Source: an uncultured candidate division Zixibacteria bacterium (GTDB lineage Bacteria; Zixibacteria; MSB-5A5; UBA10806). From it: a stretch of 64,000 bases of DNA. Positions 57,141-64,000 of the stretch are shown piece after piece. Below the pieces are notes generated by a model. That model ran no database searches. It saw only the letters and a program-made list of their open reading frames with translations, and was not told where the DNA came from. A program made the translations under genes and the position numbers. The stretch lies in NCBI GenBank assembly GCA_963817915.1, contig CAWFQL010000017.1:529704-593703 (forward strand), in the 5' to 3' direction. The stretch's first letter is position 1. Every line of letters starts with the position of its first letter.

Positions 57141-57641
57141 ATGGATATTCAAAATATGAAGATGGAAGATATTTTAGGGCTGGCGGTAAGAACTGAGATT
57201 CTGGGACGAAATTTCTATCTCAAATTCGCCGAGAAAATTACGCATCCTGAAGTGAAAAAACGCATTTTAGCGTTAGCAGACGACGAAAAACGCCATCAAG
57301 CTCTAATGGAAAATTTGTATCGCACCATGGTTGGCAAAGAGCCTGCTGAACTGCCGCAAAAAGGCGTGCCGGATATCCTCCGCGCCATAGCGTCATTGGA
57401 AGTTGGCGATAAAACACAGGTTATCGAAGTAATCGATATGGCTATCGAGGCCGAGGCGACATCCACGAAATTCTATCAGCGGGGAGCGGCAATCGCCACT
57501 GAGCCCAAGCTTCGCAGGATATTCGAGGAATTGGAAAAGGAAGAGGAAGGTCATTATAATTATCTGCAATCTGAAAAAGCTGCCCTGTCAGGCGACTTAT
57601 ATTGGTTCTCGATTTCAGATACGGCTGCGTTGGAGGAATAA
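57141..57641 (+). CDS. Ferritin-like (rubrerythrin diiron domain) protein
   Basis: Duplicated E..FY...(D/E)ExxH motifs. Confidence 0.88.
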   Translation: MDIQNMKMEDILGLAVRTEILGRNFYLKFAEKITHPEVKKRILALADDEKRHQALMENLYRTMVGKEPAELPQKGVPDILRAIASLEVGDKTQVIEVIDMAIEAEATSTKFYQRGAAIATEPKLRRIFEELEKEEEGHYNYLQSEKAALSGDLYWFSISDTAALEE

Positions 57642-57757
57642 TGAAGACTTGGATATGTTCGATATGCGGATATATGCACTCGGGAGAGGATCCGCCCGAT
57701 AGATGTCCGAATTGCGATGCTCCCAGAGACGATTTTATCGAAGTAGATGACGAATAG
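57641..57757 (+). CDS. Stand-alone rubredoxin-like protein, 38 aa (below ORF-track cutoff)
   Basis: MKTWICSICGYMHSGEDPPDRCPNCDAPRDDF; GGAGG RBS; TAATG overlap. Confidence 0.88.
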   Translation: MKTWICSICGYMHSGEDPPDRCPNCDAPRDDFIEVDDE

Positions 57758-57863
57758 TTTATTCGAATTTTCTTCCAGTCCATTTTCAAGTTCAATTTTG
57801 TGATTTTTGGCTTCTTGTGTCTTTTAAAATTGATTTCCGATTTAAGCTCTATATATTAGTGTC

Positions 57864-58838
57864 ATGGAAAATATGACGACAGCAAATCCGTTTGATATCT
57901 CGATCATTGGCGGGGGCCCGATCGGGCTCTACGCCGCGTCTCTTGCCGGCGAAAAGGGCGCCAAATGCAATCTAATCGATTCCCGCCTCCAGCTTGGCGG
58001 CTTGATGCGTTCCGTATATCCCAACAGAATTGTCCATGATTTTGCCGATTTTCCGCCGATGACCGGCAGAGAATTGTCTGACATACTCATATCGAAAACT
58101 GACGAGTACGGCCATTCGATTAGTCTCGGACAATATGTACAATTCCTTTCTCTTGTTGATAATGATATAATCAAAATAGAGACTAACCGGGGCGAAATTT
58201 ATTCAAGGGCCGTTATTATCGCGTCGGGCTTAAAGGCGTACTGCCCAAGCATTCTGGATTATATCAAAATTGATAATTGGGATGGCCGCGGCATTCAGGA
58301 ACATTGGGATGACAATAACAAATTTGAAAATAAATCGATTGCCGTGATATATGACTCTCTGGCGTTTGCTCAATCGATAATAGCCCAGCAAGGCGATAAA
58401 AACCGCTACTATTTCATTATCAATGCTGAAAATGATTTGATGGCCGACGATGGCGGGGAGATGTGTCAATTAGGCAATCATGAAGTCTATAAACATCCCT
58501 GGACTATTAAGGCTGTTACCGGAAATCGCAAACCCGAGGCGATAATTTTGATCGATGAAATTACGCAAAAAGAGAAATCCATCAAAATCGACTTAATCTT
58601 CGAATGCTCTACCAAGCACGCTCGCCAAACATTATTCTCGCTCTGGGGTATAAATACATTCGGATTGGGCATTGTGGTGGATCAAAGAATGATGACGAAT
58701 ATAAATAAAGTTTATGCCGTCGGCGATATTGCAATCTATCCGGGTAAAATAAAATTGCTTTCCAATGGAGTCGATGAGGCTCAAAAGGCAGTCAAAAGCG
58801 CGTTGAAGATTCTCAAAATTAATAATAAGACGAATTGA
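57864..58838 (+). CDS. TrxR/FNR-like FAD-dependent oxidoreductase, atypical
   Basis: IIGGGPIG, GGL...YP, IIASG, VYAVGDI..YPGKIKL; second glycine-rich motif and CxxC absent. Confidence 0.75.
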   Translation: MENMTTANPFDISIIGGGPIGLYAASLAGEKGAKCNLIDSRLQLGGLMRSVYPNRIVHDFADFPPMTGRELSDILISKTDEYGHSISLGQYVQFLSLVDNDIIKIETNRGEIYSRAVIIASGLKAYCPSILDYIKIDNWDGRGIQEHWDDNNKFENKSIAVIYDSLAFAQSIIAQQGDKNRYYFIINAENDLMADDGGEMCQLGNHEVYKHPWTIKAVTGNRKPEAIILIDEITQKEKSIKIDLIFECSTKHARQTLFSLWGINTFGLGIVVDQRMMTNINKVYAVGDIAIYPGKIKLLSNGVDEAQKAVKSALKILKINNKTN

Positions 58839-58853
58839 TTCAGGGGAATAACC

Positions 58854-59099
58854 ATGGCAAAAGAAAAAAATCCCGAAGGAAGTTTCGAACTTAAAGTCGA
58901 CAGGAATACGTCTCCCGGCGAGGCCGCGCGGATAGCATTGGCGCAGGAAGTAAGGGCTCGCAATTTCTATGAAGAATGCTCCAAAATAATGACTCATCCG
59001 GGTGCAAAGAAGATGTTCGAATTTCTCGCCAAAGAAGAGGCAAAGCACGAAGCCCTGATCCAGAAGGAAATAGATCTCTATTTTCAGCAGGAGATGTAA
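58854..59099 (+). CDS. Short half-ferritin-like protein
   Basis: Single ALAQE...FY...LAKEEAKH helix pair. Confidence 0.75.
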   Translation: MAKEKNPEGSFELKVDRNTSPGEAARIALAQEVRARNFYEECSKIMTHPGAKKMFEFLAKEEAKHEALIQKEIDLYFQQEM

Positions 59100-60190
59100 T
59101 GAGTTTTCGCTCGGCCGAGTTGCCGGATGAATATAGGGTGGCTTCGGATGACGAGCTTAAAAAGCGAATCACCGAGCAGAAAAATCGGCTGGGGAATCGT
59201 CTTGTCTTACTGACCCATCATTATCAACGATATGAAATCGTAAAATTCGGCGATCACATCGGCGATTCATATCAATTGGCCCGGATAGCTTCACAATCTC
59301 CAACAGCGGAATATATAGTATTTTGTGGCGTTCATTTCATGGCCGAGGCCGCTGATATTCTCAGTAAGCCAAATCAGAAAGTCTATCTGCCGAATCCAAC
59401 TGCCGGATGCCCTATGGCTGAAATGGCGCCATCGGAGGAGGTCTATTCTGCATGGGACGAGATCGAGAATTCTCTCGGCAAGGGCAGAGTCGTTCCGATA
59501 TCATATATGAATTCCACTGCCGAATTGAAAGCATTCACTGGCATAAATGGCGGCCTAATATGCACATCATCCAATGCCGATGCCGCCTTTCGTTGGGCCT
59601 ACGCGAAATTTGACAAATTATTCTTTTTCCCTGATCAACATCTTGGACGTTACACAGCAAAAAAATACGGGATAGGACGAGATAAAATAATTCTCTTCAA
59701 ACCCAACGAGCCTCTCGGCGGTAATAGCGCCGCCGCCCTCGAAAATGCGAAGGTAATTCTCTGGGATGGTTACTGCCATGTTCATACCAAATTCAAAGCC
59801 GAACATATCGATCAATGGCGCGCCAGAGATCCGAAAGTCAAAATCGTGGTTCATCCCGAATGCCCCGAAGAGGTGACAGACAAAGCGGATGCTGTCGGTT
59901 CAACTTCATTTATTGTAGATTATGTGGATAAAGCTCCTGCCGGTTCAATCATAGCAATTGGCACGGAGCTTAATTTAGTTCATCGTTTAAAAGAGATATA
60001 TAAGGATAAAGGGATTTTTGAATTATCTGGAGACACTTGCGCGATTTGCTCTAATATGTTTCGAACTACGTTAGCTGACCTTTGCTTTACGTTGGAAAAT
60101 TTCGACAAGGCAAAACAGATCATTGTCCCTGATGATATTAAGGTTCAGGCGAAAATTGCCTTAGAGCGGATGCTTGAAGTAGGAAAATAG
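59099..60190 (+). CDS. nadA: Quinolinate synthase
   Basis: HHYQR, FCGVHFMAE, GCPMA, YMNS, CTSSNA, GYCHVH, HPEC. Confidence 0.95.
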   Translation: MSFRSAELPDEYRVASDDELKKRITEQKNRLGNRLVLLTHHYQRYEIVKFGDHIGDSYQLARIASQSPTAEYIVFCGVHFMAEAADILSKPNQKVYLPNPTAGCPMAEMAPSEEVYSAWDEIENSLGKGRVVPISYMNSTAELKAFTGINGGLICTSSNADAAFRWAYAKFDKLFFFPDQHLGRYTAKKYGIGRDKIILFKPNEPLGGNSAAALENAKVILWDGYCHVHTKFKAEHIDQWRARDPKVKIVVHPECPEEVTDKADAVGSTSFIVDYVDKAPAGSIIAIGTELNLVHRLKEIYKDKGIFELSGDTCAICSNMFRTTLADLCFTLENFDKAKQIIVPDDIKVQAKIALERMLEVGK

Positions 60191-60232
60191 ACCAGCAGCT
60201 TCCATTTAATCCATAAAATAGCCCATAATTAT

Positions 60233-60355
60233 TGGATTTCGGCCACATTATGATGGGCAGATCCCACAGTTTTTATTCATTTTTCAATATCGCAATTTAT
60301 AAGTCGTTGAACCATATACTTGAAAATATTACTGTTCAAGGGCATGCCCTTTGCA
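60233..60355 (+). promoter_or_regulatory. Sigma-54 promoter 1 with paired upstream palindromes
   Basis: GGCATGCCCTTTGCA (GG 60341, GC 60353); TGGGCAGATCCCA 60254-60266. Confidence 0.75.
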
Positions 60356-60422
60356 CATTACATTGACAGAATTTGAGCAGAAATTATAAACATTAACATT
60401 TATAAAAAAGAGGAGGAGATTT

Positions 60423-60950
60423 ATGAGTAGACAGCTGAAAGCTTTATGGTGGTTAGCAGGATCGATTGCTTTAACGGCTATTCTTATCTTCTCGGGATGC
60501 TCTAATAATTCACCGGTTAGCAGCCAGATACCTGAAGTCAGCAATTTGACTTTGTCATCTGTCGCGCCGACTACTGTTGAAGTCTCCTCGACAATTATGG
60601 CTTCGACCGGCGGTACTATCAATATAGCTGCTGATAAGTACCTGCATTCATTCTCGGTGCCAGCGGGATCAATTCCTTCGGATACGCTTATCGATATACT
60701 TTCTAAGAAGGATCTGGTTCTCGGCAAGTCCGCAATCGTATTCGAATTTGGTCCTGAAGGGCTTGTATTCGGCAAGGCTGCGGTTCTTAATGTCGATATA
60801 ACCGAAATTAACAGCAAGGCTTCATCCGGAAAGCTATATTACTTTGATCCAGCTAAATCCAGTTGGGTACTTATCGCATCGACTGCTGTAAAAAGTGGGC
60901 GGGTTTCATTCAATATCTATCACTTCAGCAAGTATGCTATCGGCGATTAG
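60423..60950 (+). CDS. Lipoprotein with ZU5-like domain
   Basis: Lipobox FSGC; FEFGPEGLVF; C-terminal HFSKYAI; terminator 60978-61008. Confidence 0.75.
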   Translation: MSRQLKALWWLAGSIALTAILIFSGCSNNSPVSSQIPEVSNLTLSSVAPTTVEVSSTIMASTGGTINIAADKYLHSFSVPAGSIPSDTLIDILSKKDLVLGKSAIVFEFGPEGLVFGKAAVLNVDITEINSKASSGKLYYFDPAKSSWVLIASTAVKSGRVSFNIYHFSKYAIGD

Positions 60951-61039
60951 CTGATCAGGCATCAATCGGAAGTTCAGAAAAGGCCGGCTACCAGTTAGCC
61001 GGCCTTTTATATTTTGCGTCCTGACCGTTAAATTATCTA

Positions 61040-61165
61040 TAGGTATTTCCCCTTAGTCTATGGGGTAATTCCTATTATTTTTATCCCTTGCTGCGCAGTT
61101 CGAAGTCTCTAAATTGTTATCATTCAATGGAATAATTAATTGCTGTCGGGGGCACAGAATTTGCA
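61040..61165 (+). promoter_or_regulatory. Sigma-54 promoter 2 with paired upstream palindromes
   Basis: GGCACAGAATTTGCA (GG 61151); TAGGTATTTCCCC and GGGGTAATTCCTA. Confidence 0.78.
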
Positions 61166-61212
61166 CAGTTATATGTAAAATGATGACGGCAATACTAAAA
61201 GGAGACGACGGC

Positions 61213-61767
61213 ATGAGAAAATATTCGCGCATAGTGGAGCTGCTAACAGGGATAATCATTCTTTCTTCATTAGTATTGTTTGTTGGATGCTCGAATAAAA
61301 ATCCTCTGGAATCCAAAACACCGAACTCAAATGCCCTCCCTTCAAGCTCTATTTCACTAAATCCAATCTCGGAATTAGTACAGGAACTTGATGTCTTGGT
61401 TAGCGCTCCAATCAATGCTATCGGCGGAGGCCAAATCGACATCAAGAATGGTGAGAAGCGCCACAAGTTTGATGTCCAGCCTGGATCCATGTCTCGAAAT
61501 GCCGTGATCTCTGTCAAATTAGAAATAGATCTGCTTAAAGGAAGAAATGCGCTCATATTCGAATTCGGTCCTGATGGATTGAGTTTCAGAAAGCCCGCAA
61601 AGCTTACTGTTGATATGAGAGATGTTGATACTGCTGCCGTCAATGCCAACCTTTATTACTACGATTCATCGATGAAAGACTGGATTTTGATCGAAAAAGC
61701 TGCAGTAAAGAACGGCAAAGCAACATTTAACATTTTTCATTTCAGCAAGTATGCAATTGAAAATTAA
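61213..61767 (+). CDS. Lipoprotein with ZU5-like domain (paralog of 60423-60950)
   Basis: AAAGGAG RBS; lipobox FVGC; FEFGPDGLSF; HFSKYAI; terminator 61799-61826. Confidence 0.75.
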   Translation: MRKYSRIVELLTGIIILSSLVLFVGCSNKNPLESKTPNSNALPSSSISLNPISELVQELDVLVSAPINAIGGGQIDIKNGEKRHKFDVQPGSMSRNAVISVKLEIDLLKGRNALIFEFGPDGLSFRKPAKLTVDMRDVDTAAVNANLYYYDSSMKDWILIEKAAVKNGKATFNIFHFSKYAIEN

Positions 61768-61854
61768 GCAACCCCAGTCACCCTCAGCCAGCTGAAAGAA
61801 GGCCGGTCATAAGCGGACCGGCCTTTGATTTTTTCACCAATGCAATTCAGTAGA

Positions 61855-61975
61855 AGGAAAATTCCCATATACTTGGGCAATATCCAATAAAGCTCATCAG
61901 ATAATTTTTGACTGCAAGATTATATTAATACAATACAGCAGGTTACGAAATGGATTCCAGGGCACATTTATTGCT
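61855..61975 (+). promoter_or_regulatory. Sigma-54 promoter 3 with paired upstream palindromes
   Basis: GGCACATTTATTGCT (GG 61961); AGGAAAATTCCCA and TGGGCAATATCCA. Confidence 0.78.
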
Positions 61976-62011
61976 TATTATTAATTAGATAAATCCAAAG
62001 AGGGAGGGTAT

Positions 62012-62245
62012 ATGACAGCGAAGTATTCATCCTTAATGCTTTTCTCCGCGGCGGTATTGGTATTGGGTCTGGTGCTCGTTGGATGCTCCACAAACGTGGC
62101 GACATCTGATCAGATACTTAATCCTCCTGACAATCAAAATGCCACCACAATCACTACTACATTCGAACAGCCGTCAAATGGTACCTCGACAACCCCTGCC
62201 ACAGTTACCGATTCCAGTCCGAATACCGAATCAGGTAAGTACTAG
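62012..62245 (+). CDS. Small Thr/Ser-rich lipoprotein
   Basis: GGAGG RBS; lipobox LVGC; low-complexity tail; terminator 62288-62319. Confidence 0.65.
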   Translation: MTAKYSSLMLFSAAVLVLGLVLVGCSTNVATSDQILNPPDNQNATTITTTFEQPSNGTSTTPATVTDSSPNTESGKY

Positions 62246-62380
62246 AAAGCAGGCTGATTCCGCTTCGGGCGTCATTGTCCGCCAAAGAAATGGGGCTATC
62301 AACACGATAGCCCATTTTTATTTGTGAAATCCATTTCAAAGTAGTTGAGAATCCGGATACTATTCGATATATTCCGCCCC

Positions 62381-62468
62381 GGAGAGGTGCCGGAGTGGTC
62401 GAACGGGGCGGTCTCGAAAACCGTTGAGCCTTCGGGTTCCCAGGGTTCGAATCCCTGCCTCTCCGCCA
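62381..62468 (+). tRNA. tRNA-Ser(CGA)
   Basis: GGAGAGG/CCTCTCC acceptor stem, anticodon loop CT-CGA-AA, long variable arm, GGTTCGAATCC, encoded CCA. Confidence 0.97.
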
Positions 62469-62593
62469 TTTATGAACGCTTGCTCGATGATTGATATTAG
62501 AGATTTTTCAATTCCGATATTAAGCACAAAATTGAAACCGCGAGAGTTCTTGATTTATTGAGAGTTAAGGTCAACAAGGATACCTCATTCTAA

Positions 62594-63208
62594 GTGGAAT
62601 TAAAATTACGTAATAAAGCGGTCTTATTATCCTATTTTACGGTGGGTTATAATCTGATAGAAGGAATTGTCTCCGTGATTTTTGGCGCCTCGGCTGGGAG
62701 CTTCGCATTATTGGGATTCGGTCTGGATAGTTTTATAGAGTCTTTTTCGGGCGGAGTCATGATCTGGCGATTCAGCAGTCGAAGAGAATTATCGCATATA
62801 GAAGAAGAACGGATCGAAGAGCGAGCAATAAAATTAGTTGCCTATGCCTTCTTCATACTCGGTGCTTATATATTTTATGGTTCGCTTAAGAATTTATATT
62901 TGCATGAGCAGCCGGAACATAGTCTACCTGGAATCCTGATCGCAATCGCTTCTCTAATTGTTATGCCGGTCTTATTCTGGCTTAAGCATAAAACAGGCAA
63001 GTCAATAAAAAGCAAAAGCTTGATCGCAGATTCCAAACAAACTTTAGGTTGCGTATCGCTATCCGCGGTCCTATTGATCGGCCTTGGCTTGAATTATCAT
63101 TGGGGCTTATGGTGGGCCGATCCTGTAGCCAGCATTATTATAGCCCTCTTGCTTTTGCGGGAAGGATACTATACTTACCGTGAGCATAAATTTTGCTCGT
63201 GCTCTTAG
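62594..63208 (+). CDS. Cation efflux (CDF-like) transporter
   Basis: YNLIEG, FGLDSFIE, LIADSKQT, WWADP. Confidence 0.8.
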   Translation: MELKLRNKAVLLSYFTVGYNLIEGIVSVIFGASAGSFALLGFGLDSFIESFSGGVMIWRFSSRRELSHIEEERIEERAIKLVAYAFFILGAYIFYGSLKNLYLHEQPEHSLPGILIAIASLIVMPVLFWLKHKTGKSIKSKSLIADSKQTLGCVSLSAVLLIGLGLNYHWGLWWADPVASIIIALLLLREGYYTYREHKFCSCS

Positions 63209-63340
63209 GCAGCTGTTCCGGCAACTTTATACACGCAATATTGGTCTATATGAATTATGTGGAATTCCTTTTATAAAATGATGTAGTTTATTATTGAAAA
63301 TGAAATCGAAGCATGGCACGTTTTGGGGAATTTAACCAAT

Positions 63341-63907
63341 ATGAATATCGGTAAAACCATATATGTCACCGAGCGCAAACAATGGCGCGCCTGGTTAAAG
63401 AAAAATTACAAAATTGAAAAAGAGATCTGGCTGATTTATCCAAAAAAATCAACCGGCAAAGCGCGAATCTCATATAATGACGCTGTCGAAGAGGCCTTGT
63501 GCTTTGGATGGATCGATAGCACCGCGAAAAAATACGATGATGACAATATGGCACAGAGATTTTCCCCGCGCAATCCGAATTCGAAATACTCTCAGGCGAA
63601 TAAAGAACGTCTCAAAGAGCTAGCTCGAAAAAAGAGGATAGTGCCCTCAGTCCTTTTGAATGTTCAGGATGTTCTTAAGGAAAAATTCATTTTCCCCGAA
63701 GATATAAGGAAGGAAATTAATTCGAATAAGCAGGCTCGGCAGAATTTCGCCAGGTTTTCGCAGGCCTATCAACGAATACGTATCGCATTCATAGATGGCG
63801 CCAGGAATCGTCCGGACGAGTTTAGAAAGCGACTGGAATATTTCTTAAAGATGACCGCGGCCAATAAGCAGTTCGGATTTGGCGGGATTGACAAATACTA
63901 TAGATAG
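63341..63907 (+). CDS. YdeI/OmpD-associated family protein
   Basis: WRAWL, YNDAVEEALCFGWIDS, RFSPR. Confidence 0.88.
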   Translation: MNIGKTIYVTERKQWRAWLKKNYKIEKEIWLIYPKKSTGKARISYNDAVEEALCFGWIDSTAKKYDDDNMAQRFSPRNPNSKYSQANKERLKELARKKRIVPSVLLNVQDVLKEKFIFPEDIRKEINSNKQARQNFARFSQAYQRIRIAFIDGARNRPDEFRKRLEYFLKMTAANKQFGFGGIDKYYR

Positions 63908-63923
63908 TTATCATCAAACAGAT

Positions 63924-64000
63924 ATGAATCCGATTATTCGCATTTTCGATGGCCATAATGACACGCTTACCAAATTGTATTCGTCAGCCGAAAAAGGTAT
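63924..64000 (+). CDS. Membrane dipeptidase (M19), 5' fragment
   Basis: IFDGHNDTL motif at the window edge. Confidence 0.6.
   Translation, partial: MNPIIRIFDGHNDTLTKLYSSAEKG

Noticed and set aside
63313..63330. Fourth sigma-54 promoter (TGGCACG)
   Set aside because: The -12 position reads GG, not GC, and no upstream palindromes are seen.
62381..64000. Genomic island integrated at tRNA-Ser
   Set aside because: No integrase or duplicated tRNA 3' end is visible in the window; it cannot be excluded beyond the edge.

Overview
Bacterial chromosomal window of moderate GC, mostly + strand. An FCB-group lineage, most likely Zixibacteria, is inferred from several YPNPFN-type C-terminal sorting domains and a duplicated dockerin-like motif. 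Housekeeping content: lemA, rnpB, recJ, PBP1A, tyrS, prfB (programmed +1 frameshift), pta, rlmN, hrcA/grpE/dnaK, GH57 branching enzyme, rfaE1/E2, accB/accC, PilT/PilU ATPase, gcvH/gcvPA/gcvPB, pyrR/B/C, mtnA, nadA and tRNA-Ser(CGA). Many genes, including normally essential ones, are broken by 1-2 nt indels that are almost certainly long-read assembly errors. Features the ORF track does not show: (1) three tandem monocistronic lipoprotein genes, each with a sigma-54 -24/-12 promoter and paired palindromic upstream sites at an almost identical distance; two of the proteins end in a ZU5-like domain with an HFS motif; (2) a small CxxU Rdx/SelW selenoprotein gene with a SECIS-like hairpin 11 nt after the UGA; (3) a RAYT transposase with cognate REPs, plus a large, diverse and partly nested population of GTAG and non-GTAG palindromic elements, some flanking single genes as direct repeats; (4) several apparently leaderless genes; (5) a split rubrerythrin, an atypical flavin reductase and a mini-ferritin next to nadA. 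All calls come from reading the sequence; no database searches were run.
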